This document shows, piece by piece, positions 9,765 through 18,794 of a stretch of DNA of 64,000 bases. The notes beneath the pieces were generated by a model, which was given only the letters and a program-made list of their open reading frames with translations, was not told the DNA's origin and ran no database searches. Source of the DNA: Trueperaceae bacterium (GTDB lineage: Bacteria; Deinococcota; Deinococci; Deinococcales; Trueperaceae); the NCBI GenBank assembly GCA_965213925.1, contig OZ243927.1:3648001-3712000 (forward strand), read 5' to 3'. The stretch's first letter is position 1, and each line of letters begins with the position of its first letter. The translations under genes and the position numbers were made by a program.

Positions 9765-10166
9765 TTAAGCTGTAGCCGTCTGGCTCACACTTTCGCTCGG
9801 CAAGGGCTGCCGCGCCTTGACCTCTTGGTTGAGGCGGTGATAATGCGTCACCGCGTCCTTACCTTGCTCCCAGCACAAGTAGATGACTTCCGCGCCTAAG
9901 CGACTCGGAAAGTCCACGAGCCCGGTCTCGACATCTTGCAAATGAACGCCCATGCTGTCGAGTTCCAGCTTTTCCTGCTGCACCACGCCGAGCAAAAACT
10001 TGATCTCTTCGGCGGTCTGCTGCGCTTCTAAACTCAGACCGTTCATCGGCTGAAGCGCCTCGCGGAGCGCCAGAATATCCTTGATCGCCCCCTGCATCTC
10101 GCTCAATTTCTGGTCGACGACGGGGATGAGGTTGTTCGCTTCCTGAACTGTAAAAAGTTTGTACAT
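9765..10166 (-). CDS. DUF2203 family protein
   Basis: FTVQEANNLIP...GLVDFPS...YLCWEQG...HYH signature. Confidence 0.85.
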   Translation of the reverse strand: MYKLFTVQEANNLIPVVDQKLSEMQGAIKDILALREALQPMNGLSLEAQQTAEEIKFLLGVVQQEKLELDSMGVHLQDVETGLVDFPSRLGAEVIYLCWEQGKDAVTHYHRLNQEVKARQPLPSESVSQTATA

Positions 10167-10492
10167 CGTCTACCGCCCTTTCGGTGACAGGGGTCATCTG
10201 GTCGCTAACACGCTCGGTCAAAGAGGTATGCCGTAAGTTTGCACGTTGCGAGATGACTCCTGTAGCGATCCTGATTAAGACGTCTTCAGAACCGCCTCAT
10301 TGACATTATTATAAGGCGCTGGATACTAAAATTGTGTCATCAATTATACAAAATCTTAGTGAAGTATTATCAAGTCTGAAGAAAGCGTTAAGGCTAGATG
10401 TGAGGGGGTGTTGCGGCTCAGTTTGACGGCAGATGGGCGAGAAGTCTGTAGCCCTTTTCTCAGGGCACCTGTGCGGTGTTACACTCCTCTTT

Positions 10493-11803
10493 GTGTCTAC
10501 TCTTTCTGCGTCTACTCCCCTCGCCGAACGGTTGCGTCCGCACTCGCTGGACGAGGTTGCCGGCCAGTCTCACCTCGTCGCGCCGGGCAAGCCCTTGCGC
10601 GTCGCCTTAGAGGGGGGGCGGCTGCGCTCAGTTTTGCTGTGGGGACCGCCCGGCGTGGGCAAAACGACGCTGGCGCGGCTTATCGCGGAAGCGAGCGGCG
10701 CACACTTCGCGCAACTCTCCGCCGTGACTTCGGGCGTGAAAGAGGTGCGCGCGGTGGCGAAAGAGGCGCTTTCAAAGCGTGAAGCGGGCGAGCAAACCGT
10801 GCTCTTTTTAGACGAAGTTCACCGCTTCAACAAAGCGCAGCAGGATTTGCTCTTGCCGTTCGTCGAGGACGGCACCCTGACGCTCATCGGCGCGACGACG
10901 GAGAACCCCTCCTTTGAGGTGAACGGGGCGCTCCGCTCGAGGATGCAACTCTTCGTCCTCCAACCTCTCTCGGAAGAGGACTTAGCGGCGGTCATCCAGC
11001 GCGCGCTAGCGCACCTCGAAGGCTTCGCAAATGCGCTCACGGTAGACGAGGATGCCGTCGCACTGCTGACCTCTTGGGCGGACGGCGACGCGCGGCGGGC
11101 GCTTTCGGCGCTGGAGGTGGCGGAGGGCTACGCTGTCAATAATCACCTCAATGCGGAGCAGGTCAAACGAGCTCTAGGCGCGAAGGCGATCGCTTTTGAC
11201 AAAGGGGGCGAGCATTTCTACAACCTCATGAGCGCCCTGCACAAGTCGGTGCGCGGCTGCGACCCCGACGCCTCGCTCTACTGGCTGGCGCGGCTTTTAG
11301 GTGGCGGCGCGGACCTTATGTATGTCGCGCGCCGCCTGGTGCGTATGGCGAGTGAGGACATCGGTCTGGCAGACCCTAATGCCTTGCGTTTGGCGATCGC
11401 AGCAAGGGACGCCGCGCAGTTCTTGGGACAGCCCGAAGGCGAACTAGCGTTGGCGGAACTCGCCGTTTACCTGGCAGTTGCACCTAAGTCGAATGCGATT
11501 TACACCGCCTGGAAACGCGCCCGCAAGGAGGCGGAGCGCCACGCCTCGGTACCCGTGCCGCTCAACTTGCGCAACGCGCCTACTGCGATGATGAAAGGGC
11601 TCGGCTACGGCGAAGGCTACCGCTACTACTTCGACGACAAAGAGGCGAGCTTTTTACAGCCTTACTTGCCTGAAGAGGTGCGAGGGGGCCTCTACCACGC
11701 GGACGGGGAGGGCTGGGAGGTCAAGGTGAGAGAGAGGCTCGAGACCTTCAGAAGGTTAAAAGAGGGCGAAACGTTAAAAAAGGACAGAGCGGCTCGACGC
11801 TAA
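10493..11803 (+). CDS. rarA: Replication-associated recombination protein A (AAA+ ATPase)
   Basis: [37 protein letters not shown] and SALHKSVRG motifs. The start is placed at GTG 10493, 7 nt after TACACT. Confidence 0.95.
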   Translation: MSTLSASTPLAERLRPHSLDEVAGQSHLVAPGKPLRVALEGGRLRSVLLWGPPGVGKTTLARLIAEASGAHFAQLSAVTSGVKEVRAVAKEALSKREAGEQTVLFLDEVHRFNKAQQDLLLPFVEDGTLTLIGATTENPSFEVNGALRSRMQLFVLQPLSEEDLAAVIQRALAHLEGFANALTVDEDAVALLTSWADGDARRALSALEVAEGYAVNNHLNAEQVKRALGAKAIAFDKGGEHFYNLMSALHKSVRGCDPDASLYWLARLLGGGADLMYVARRLVRMASEDIGLADPNALRLAIAARDAAQFLGQPEGELALAELAVYLAVAPKSNAIYTAWKRARKEAERHASVPVPLNLRNAPTAMMKGLGYGEGYRYYFDDKEASFLQPYLPEEVRGGLYHADGEGWEVKVRERLETFRRLKEGETLKKDRAARR

Positions 11804-11818
11804 AAGTGGACGTGAATT

Positions 11819-13009
11819 GTGGCTGAATCTGAACGTCAATCCGAACCGATAACCCTATCAGAAACTTCCCCCATCTTAGTCGTCAACGCGGGCAGCTCGT
11901 CGCTCAAGGTGAAGCTGTTGCCGCAAGACCACACCTTCTTAGTCGAGCGCATCGGCGGCGCGGCGTCGGCGAAAACGAGTTTAGAGGGTGAGGTCGATAC
12001 TGACAGCATCACGGACGCTGAAAGCGCGTTGAAAGCGTGCTTAGAGGTGCTTCGCCGAGAGGTTGATTTGGACACCATCACCGCCGTAGGACACCGCGTG
12101 GTCCACGGCGGCGAGCGTTATACTGAAACGACTCGTTTAACTAAAGAGGTCATCGCGGATTTGGAGACGCTCTCGCCCCTCGCTCCGCTCCACAACCCCG
12201 CAAATTTAGCAGGTATCCGCGCCGCTATATCACTCTTGCCGGGCGCGGTTCACGTCGCCGTCTTCGACACCGCCTTCCACAGTACGCTGCCGCCACACGC
12301 CTATCTCTACGGTCTGCCGCGCTCCGCGTACGAGAAGGGCGTGCGGCGCTACGGTTTCCACGGCACCTCGCACGACTTCGTGACGCGCCGCGCGGCTGAG
12401 GTGCTAAGCAAACCTCGAGACACGCTTAAGCTCATCTCGCTACACCTGGGCAACGGGGCGAGCGCCGCCGCTGTCAAGTATGGCGCGTCGGTAGACACGA
12501 CGATGGGCATGACGCCACTCGCAGGGCTGCTGATGGGCACCCGCTCGGGCGACGTGGACCCCGGCGCGCTCCTCTACCTCTTGGAGCAGGGCACCTCGGC
12601 GGAAGAACTGGATACGCTCCTCAATAAAAAGTCCGGGTTGTTAGGACTCTCGGGCGTCTCGAACGACATGCGTGATGTTCACGCGGCAATCGAAAAAGGA
12701 AACGCCGAGGCGAAAGAAGCGTTCGACGTCTTTTGCTACCGCATCCGTAAAACTGTCGGCGCGTACGCCGCCGCGATGGAGGGACTGGACGCGGTTGTCT
12801 TCACGGGCGGCATCGGTGAGAACGACGCGAAGGTGCGGGCACGTTCGGTGGCGGGCTTGGAATTTTTGGGGCTCGAGCTTGACCCACAAAGAAACGCGAG
12901 GAGCGAGGGGACGATTAGCACACCTAACAGCAGCGTCCACCTCCTCGTTGTTCCCACCGACGAAGAGCGCATGATCGCAGAAGCCACCCTGAGCGTCGCC
13001 TCGCCGTAA
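11819..13009 (+). CDS. ackA: Acetate kinase
   Basis: NAGSSSLK, GHRVVHGG, APLHNP, FDTAFH, RRYGFHGTSH and FTGGIGEN motifs. Confidence 0.95.
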   Translation: MAESERQSEPITLSETSPILVVNAGSSSLKVKLLPQDHTFLVERIGGAASAKTSLEGEVDTDSITDAESALKACLEVLRREVDLDTITAVGHRVVHGGERYTETTRLTKEVIADLETLSPLAPLHNPANLAGIRAAISLLPGAVHVAVFDTAFHSTLPPHAYLYGLPRSAYEKGVRRYGFHGTSHDFVTRRAAEVLSKPRDTLKLISLHLGNGASAAAVKYGASVDTTMGMTPLAGLLMGTRSGDVDPGALLYLLEQGTSAEELDTLLNKKSGLLGLSGVSNDMRDVHAAIEKGNAEAKEAFDVFCYRIRKTVGAYAAAMEGLDAVVFTGGIGENDAKVRARSVAGLEFLGLELDPQRNARSEGTISTPNSSVHLLVVPTDEERMIAEATLSVASP

Positions 13010-13220
13010 CTGCAACCTCAGCCGTAAACAGGTGTCGTTCCCTCAAACGCACAGCTTTACTAGAATGGACCTGAGGCGTACTATCAGCTATGTCACATTC
13101 AGCTATGGCGTCCGGTATCTTGGGGCGCACTCACGGCAGAACATCTCAACGGACACGCCCTTTCCTTTCCCACCTCTTACTTCTCACTTCCCACCTCTCG
13201 CTTCTCACTTCTTCCCGCTC

Positions 13221-14108
13221 ATGAAAACCCTCGGCTTAGACTTGGGCGGCACCAAAATCGCCGCCGCCATCGTCGAAGACGGCGAGATGCTCAGCCAACA
13301 CCAGGTCAGCACCCCGCATTCGGGCTATGACGATGTGTTGGGAGCGCTGAGCGAGGCGGCGAAGTTCGTCCTGGCGGACTACCCCGACGTCGAGCACGTC
13401 GGTCTCGGCTCGCCCGGACCGCTCGACTTAGAGGCGGGCAAGGTGCTCTTTGCGCCGAATATTCCGGGCATGGAAGACGTTAGCATCGCTAAAGATTTAG
13501 GGGAGCACTTGGGGCGCGCCGTCGTGCTGGAGAATGATGCCAACGCTGCAGGCTACGCCGAACACCTCTTCGGGGCGGCGCGCGACCTAACCAGCAGCAT
13601 CTACGTCACCATTTCGACGGGCGTTGGCGGCGGCCTCTTTTTAGGTGAAGACATCGTTCACGGCGCGGACGGCGTTGCGGGCGAAGTCGGGCACATGACC
13701 CTGCAGCTCGGCGGACCCCTATGCGGCTGCGGTCACTATGGCTGCTGGGAGGCAGTCGCGGCGGGGCGGGCGATCGCCAGAGACGCCTCACACAGTTACG
13801 GCGAAGACTTGAAGACTCGTGAGGTCTTCGAGCGAGCTAAAGCGGGCGAGCGCAAAGCCCTCCAAGCCGTGGACCAAGCGGCGCGCTATACGGGGCTCGG
13901 GCTCGCCAACTTGCTCAAAGCCTTTAACCCCGACGGGTTCGTGATCGGTGGCGGGCTGATCCGCGCAGGCGACTTCTACATCGACAAGATTCAGGCGGCA
14001 GCAGACGAGTTCTGCGTAGGCTATCCAAAGGTGGAGATACGCATCGCCGAACTCGGCACGGACGCGGGCGTGATTGGGGCGGCGAGCGTGGCGACGCGGG
14101 AAGTGTAA
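13221..14108 (+). CDS. ROK family sugar kinase (glucokinase-like)
   Basis: GLDLGGTKI, ENDANAA and GEVGH...CGCG..GCWE motifs; start at MKTLG (13221). Confidence 0.9.
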   Translation: MKTLGLDLGGTKIAAAIVEDGEMLSQHQVSTPHSGYDDVLGALSEAAKFVLADYPDVEHVGLGSPGPLDLEAGKVLFAPNIPGMEDVSIAKDLGEHLGRAVVLENDANAAGYAEHLFGAARDLTSSIYVTISTGVGGGLFLGEDIVHGADGVAGEVGHMTLQLGGPLCGCGHYGCWEAVAAGRAIARDASHSYGEDLKTREVFERAKAGERKALQAVDQAARYTGLGLANLLKAFNPDGFVIGGGLIRAGDFYIDKIQAAADEFCVGYPKVEIRIAELGTDAGVIGAASVATREV

Positions 14109-14245
14109 CACTGGTTCCGCATGAACCTTGACACACGTAATTAAGTACTCGTACATAGTTGCATTACAACTTTTGAGCCGTCCGTCGAGCATGAGGTTTG
14201 ACTCGAGCCCCCTGTTCTCTCTAAGCTCAACCGTTAAACTAAAGC

Positions 14246-14857
14246 ATGATCGACATTACCAGAGCCCTCAAGACCAAATACCCAACCTGGCCCGGCGACA
14301 CCGACTTCAAGCTTAAAGACACCGCCAACATGCGCGACGGCTCGCCCGTGAACATCATGGCGATAAAGACGACGACGCACGTCGGCACACATTTAGACGC
14401 GCCCTACCACTACACGGATGAGGGCGACAGGCTCAGCGCAGTGCCCCTAGAGCTGCTCGTCGGCGACGCGCAGGTGCTGCACGCGCTCGCCTACGACGCG
14501 GTGCCCGCCGAGACCGTCGAACCTTTTGACGCGCTACCCGAGCGCGTCCTCTTCTTCACCGGACAGCCTGACGTGTGGGCTGAGTTTCCCGAGGACTTCA
14601 CCGCGCTCACCCCCGAACTCATCCACGCGCTCAGCGAGCGCGGCGTGAAGGTCGTCGGTATTGATAGCCCGAGCGTGGACCAATTCAACAGCAAGGACTT
14701 GCCCGTTCACAAAGCGTGCGCCGAGACGGGCCTCTACATCGTCGAAGGCTTGAATTTGCAGGGGGTGGACGAGGGGCGCTATCACCTCATCTGCTTGCCG
14801 CTCAACATGCCCGACGCCGACGCTTCGCCGGTGCGAGCGGTGTTGACCAAACCGTGA
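14246..14857 (+). CDS. kynB: Kynurenine formamidase (cyclase family)
   Basis: HVGTHLDAPYH metal motif, GIDSPSVD and DASPVRAVL; adjacent to kynU. Confidence 0.88.
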   Translation: MIDITRALKTKYPTWPGDTDFKLKDTANMRDGSPVNIMAIKTTTHVGTHLDAPYHYTDEGDRLSAVPLELLVGDAQVLHALAYDAVPAETVEPFDALPERVLFFTGQPDVWAEFPEDFTALTPELIHALSERGVKVVGIDSPSVDQFNSKDLPVHKACAETGLYIVEGLNLQGVDEGRYHLICLPLNMPDADASPVRAVLTKP

Positions 14858-14864
14858 GCCGCCC

Positions 14865-16046
14865 GTGAAGCGCGAAGCGTTTTTGCTCCCTAAAGGCATC
14901 TATCTGGACGGCAACTCGCTCGGACCGCTCTCTTACGGGGCGCAAGCCGCCATCGAGCGGCGGCTCAAGCAGTGGCAGGTGTACGGCGTGAGCGCGTGGG
15001 AGGAGTGGTTCGCGCTCTCCGAGCGGCTCTCCCCTGCGCTAGCGAAACTCGTCGGCGCGAAACCGGCTGAGGTCATCGCGACCGGAACGCTGACGGGCAA
15101 CCTCCACGCTCTGCTCGCTACCTTTTACCAACCCGAAGGAAAGAAGCGCAACCTGCTCGCCACCTCGCTCGACTTCCCGAGCGACCTCTACGCGCTGCAA
15201 GCTTGGGCGGAGCGCATGGGCGCAGACCTCAAACTCATCCCCGCGAGAAACCCCCACACCCTCCACCCCGACGACATCCGCGACGCGCTCACGGACGACA
15301 TCGCGCTCGCCGTTCTCCCCACCGTGCTCTACCGGAGCGGGCAACTTCTGAACGTCCGAGAGGTCACGGCGCAGGCTAAAGAAAGAGGGATTACGGTCGG
15401 TTGGGACGCGGCGCACTCGGTCGGCGCGGTGCCGCACGCCTTTCACGAGGCGGGCGCGGACTTCGCGGTGTGGTGCTCGTACAAATATCTGAACGCCGGA
15501 CCGGGCGCACCGGGCGGCCTGTTCGTCCACGAAGAGCACCATCACCTCAAACCGGGACTGCCCGGCTGGTGGGGTCACGAAAAGGCGACGCAGTTCGAGA
15601 TGAACCACGACTTCACGCCCGCGGCGGGCGCGGGCGCGTATCAGATGAGTACGCCTAGTATCTTGGCGTTGGGGGGGCTCGAGGGCGCGCTCTCCCTCTT
15701 CGAAGAGGTCGGCATCGAGGCGGTGCGCCGACGTTCGCTGGAGTTGACCGACACCTTCATCAAACTCGCGGACGAACACCTGCCCGAGATGACCTTGCAG
15801 ACGCCGCGCAGCCACGCCGGGCGAGGCGGCCACATCGTCCTGGAGCACCCGAACGCGAAGCAGCTCAGCGCCGCCCTGCGTCAGCGCGACATCATCCCGG
15901 ACTACCGCGAGCCCGACCTCTTGCGGCTCGCCCCCACCGCGCTCTACAACACCGAAGCGGAAATCGAAGAGGTTGTCGGAGTGCTCAGGGAACTGTTGGA
16001 TAGCGGGAGTTATCAAGAGGTCGAGGCTGAGCAGCAGGTGACTTGA
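14865..16046 (+). CDS. kynU: Kynureninase
   Basis: YLDGNSLGP, FPSDLY, WDAAHSVG, WCSYKYLNAGPG and GWWGH motifs. Confidence 0.95.
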   Translation: MKREAFLLPKGIYLDGNSLGPLSYGAQAAIERRLKQWQVYGVSAWEEWFALSERLSPALAKLVGAKPAEVIATGTLTGNLHALLATFYQPEGKKRNLLATSLDFPSDLYALQAWAERMGADLKLIPARNPHTLHPDDIRDALTDDIALAVLPTVLYRSGQLLNVREVTAQAKERGITVGWDAAHSVGAVPHAFHEAGADFAVWCSYKYLNAGPGAPGGLFVHEEHHHLKPGLPGWWGHEKATQFEMNHDFTPAAGAGAYQMSTPSILALGGLEGALSLFEEVGIEAVRRRSLELTDTFIKLADEHLPEMTLQTPRSHAGRGGHIVLEHPNAKQLSAALRQRDIIPDYREPDLLRLAPTALYNTEAEIEEVVGVLRELLDSGSYQEVEAEQQVT

Positions 16047-16076
16047 ATCCCTTCGGTATTGCTCTAGGCTAAAGTT

Positions 16077-18755
16077 TTGATAGTATTGATTGTGTTAAGC
16101 GAAATTCAGAGCCTTCACAATGAAAGTGACGTGGAGCAGAAGCTCATATTTCCTCTGCTCACGTTACCAGAACCGCAGGGACTAGAGTACCCTGAATCAC
16201 AGATTCGGACTAAACCGGATATTCGACAGTTCTATATAGGAAAAGGAAAAGAGAAAAAGTTGTACTTTCCTGATTATATAGTGCTCGCATCTGGACATCC
16301 TGTTCTACTTATAGAAGCTAAAGGTCCCGGTGAAGACCTTGAAGAAGCATATAGAGAAGCGAGACTTTACGTAACAGAACTGAATGCTCAGTACAAAGCA
16401 GATTTCAATCCACTTACCCGAATTATTTGTACAAATGGCAACTTACTTATCGCTGGTAGGTGGGACACAAACCAGTACGAGCACAGCTTGTCGATTGATA
16501 AATTGCAAGTTGGAAATCCTGAGTTCGCCACTTTTGTAAGTTCTTACTCCAATTCTACCCTTCTTAAAGAAATAGAAGCATTTTTAGATACGTTGGTTGA
16601 AAGACCCTTTCATATGCCTATTCGCCTTATAGGTGGACAAGCTATTCAGAATGCAGAAATTGGACGAAATGGTTTTGGTAATACATTAGCTTTAGAGTAC
16701 CGTCACTTATTCAATCCTTCATCGCGGAAAGAACGGGTAAACATAGTAAGTAACGCATACGTCTCATCTAAGCATCGAGAGCGATATATCGACCCTATTG
16801 ATCGAATTATTCGAGCAGCTTTGCCATCAAGTAGGGCTGATTCAAAACTCATTGCAAATGTAGACAATCCTAGAGAACTTTTAAGTATTCTCTCCCGGGG
16901 TAAAGAGTTGGAGCAACAAGTTCTTCTCCTAATAGGCGGAGTTGGAACGGGGAAATCAACTTTCATAGACTACCTGAGAGCAGTTAAGTTACCTGATGAT
17001 CTTGTAAAAACTACTAACTGGGTACATATCAACATGAATAGGGCTCCTATCAACCCGGAAGCTATTTACCAGTGGATCGCTGATGAGATCGTCTCCGCAC
17101 TTCAGCAAGATTACTCAGATATCGATTTCGAAGAGCTGGAAATTATTCAGAGAGTTTTTTCGGTTGAACTTAATCGTCAGCGGAAAGGACCGCTAAAATT
17201 ACTGACGCCTAGGAGCGAAGCATACAATACTCGTCTCGCGGATGCCATTACAAATCTGCAAAATGATTGGAAGGCGTCTGCCAATGCTCATATCAGATAT
17301 TTGTGCGCTGAACGAGGCAAGCTGTTGATTATCGTTTTGGATAATTGCGATAAGCGGCTCCGCGATGAGCAGTTATTAATGTTCGAGGTGGCTCAGTGGC
17401 TTCAAGGAGAATTTCGATGCCTCGTTATCCTTCCTTTGCGAGAGGAAACGTACAATAACCATCGGGCTGAACCACCATTAGATACAGCTCTAAAAGATTT
17501 AGTTTTCAGGATTGAACCTCCTCCATTCCATAGAGTCCTTCAAGAAAGAGTCAATCTCATGATCAAAGAAATGAGAGAGAGAGACAATGGACGCAATTTT
17601 TCATTTGATTTACCGAATGGGGTGCGAGTAACATTCACCCTGGAAGAACAAACGAAGTACCTGAATACCCTTCTCAAGTCTCTATTTCTCCACAACAATT
17701 TCATCAAAAATATGATCGTGGGCTTGTCAGGTCGCAACCTCCGTCAGGCGATGGAAATATTTATAGATCTATGTACGAGCGGTTACATCGGCGAGGATGA
17801 AATCTTCAGAATTCGTCAAGCAGAAGGTGACTATTCGATACCATTTCACGTAATTTGCAGGGTTTTACTTCGACTTAACAGACGTTACTACAATGGTGAT
17901 GATTCATATATCAAAAATTTGTTTCAGGCTGACCCACAAGACGCTAATCCAAACCATTTTGTCAGGTTAGCAATTCTAAGATGGCTACAAGATAGGTTTC
18001 AAATGGAAGGTCCAAGTAGCGTAAAAGGTTTCTTTCCCCTGAGGAATATAAAGGCAGATTTAACACTACTTGGGGTAAATGAACAGGTAATTCACCGTGA
18101 GTTGATTTATCTGCTGAAATCCCGGTGCATAATTGCAGAGCATCTGGGCAATGATAAAGTAGTAGATGATGACTTAGTATGTTTAGCGCCGGCTGGTTTC
18201 GTACATTTAGACTTAGTTGAGAAGGTGGATTACTTCGCAGCTATTGCTGAGGACACTTGGTTTGATCGTGAAGCTGAGGCTCGGCAAATCGCTCATAGAA
18301 TTGGCTCAGACAGTCATCTAAAAATAAATGCTCAGGCACGAAATGCGGAAACAGTAGTAAACTACCTAAAGGATAAATTGGAAAATGCGCTCCCGCATCC
18401 CGAAGGCTTTCTGCTTAATTCTCCGTCTGAGCGCTTACTTGACTTCTCCAAATCTGTGGAAGGTGTAAACAAGTTCTTACGTATGCGAGCTGCCAAAGAC
18501 CCTTGGTTTGCGGTAAATGAGCGATATCAAATTGGTCAAGTCGTAACTGGAGTTGTCCGGAGAAATCATCCTGAACTTGGCGTCTTCATTGAAATTGAAC
18601 CAGGTATAGATGGGCTAGCACACAAGAGAGGGTTTTCCAATCAAGGTTTTGAAGAAGGATTGGTTTATGATCAAAGGATTTCAGTAAAAATCTTAGACAT
18701 TCAAGATTTGAGAGAGCGAATGAGCTTGAAAGTGGTTTTCGATGGTTATGCTTGA
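16077..18755 (+). CDS. HsdR-N-like PD-(D/E)XK nuclease + P-loop NTPase + C-terminal S1-like domain; putative defence protein
   Basis: NESDVEQK, FPDY...LIEAK, Walker A GGVGTGKST, Walker B IIVLDNCD and C-terminal GQVVTGVV...GVFIEIEPGIDGLAH. Visibly AT-richer than its flanks. Exact start uncertain. Confidence 0.8.
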   Translation: MIVLIVLSEIQSLHNESDVEQKLIFPLLTLPEPQGLEYPESQIRTKPDIRQFYIGKGKEKKLYFPDYIVLASGHPVLLIEAKGPGEDLEEAYREARLYVTELNAQYKADFNPLTRIICTNGNLLIAGRWDTNQYEHSLSIDKLQVGNPEFATFVSSYSNSTLLKEIEAFLDTLVERPFHMPIRLIGGQAIQNAEIGRNGFGNTLALEYRHLFNPSSRKERVNIVSNAYVSSKHRERYIDPIDRIIRAALPSSRADSKLIANVDNPRELLSILSRGKELEQQVLLLIGGVGTGKSTFIDYLRAVKLPDDLVKTTNWVHINMNRAPINPEAIYQWIADEIVSALQQDYSDIDFEELEIIQRVFSVELNRQRKGPLKLLTPRSEAYNTRLADAITNLQNDWKASANAHIRYLCAERGKLLIIVLDNCDKRLRDEQLLMFEVAQWLQGEFRCLVILPLREETYNNHRAEPPLDTALKDLVFRIEPPPFHRVLQERVNLMIKEMRERDNGRNFSFDLPNGVRVTFTLEEQTKYLNTLLKSLFLHNNFIKNMIVGLSGRNLRQAMEIFIDLCTSGYIGEDEIFRIRQAEGDYSIPFHVICRVLLRLNRRYYNGDDSYIKNLFQADPQDANPNHFVRLAILRWLQDRFQMEGPSSVKGFFPLRNIKADLTLLGVNEQVIHRELIYLLKSRCIIAEHLGNDKVVDDDLVCLAPAGFVHLDLVEKVDYFAAIAEDTWFDREAEARQIAHRIGSDSHLKINAQARNAETVVNYLKDKLENALPHPEGFLLNSPSERLLDFSKSVEGVNKFLRMRAAKDPWFAVNERYQIGQVVTGVVRRNHPELGVFIEIEPGIDGLAHKRGFSNQGFEEGLVYDQRISVKILDIQDLRERMSLKVVFDGYA

Positions 18756-18794
18756 AGTGATAAGCGTTCGTGAGAATCTGAGTGTCTAGCAATA

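Noticed and set aside
15039..16016. 325-aa antisense ORF over kynU, and the many similar shadow ORFs
   Set aside because: Typical high-GC antisense or alternate frames overlapping well-supported genes, with no motifs.
14246..16046. Missing kynA as a sign of a novel pathway
   Set aside because: kynA is often unlinked from kynBU, and its absence cannot be judged from one window.
16077..18755. Type I restriction-modification system
   Set aside because: Only the HsdR-N-like nuclease motif is present; no hsdM, no hsdS and no DEAD-type helicase motifs.
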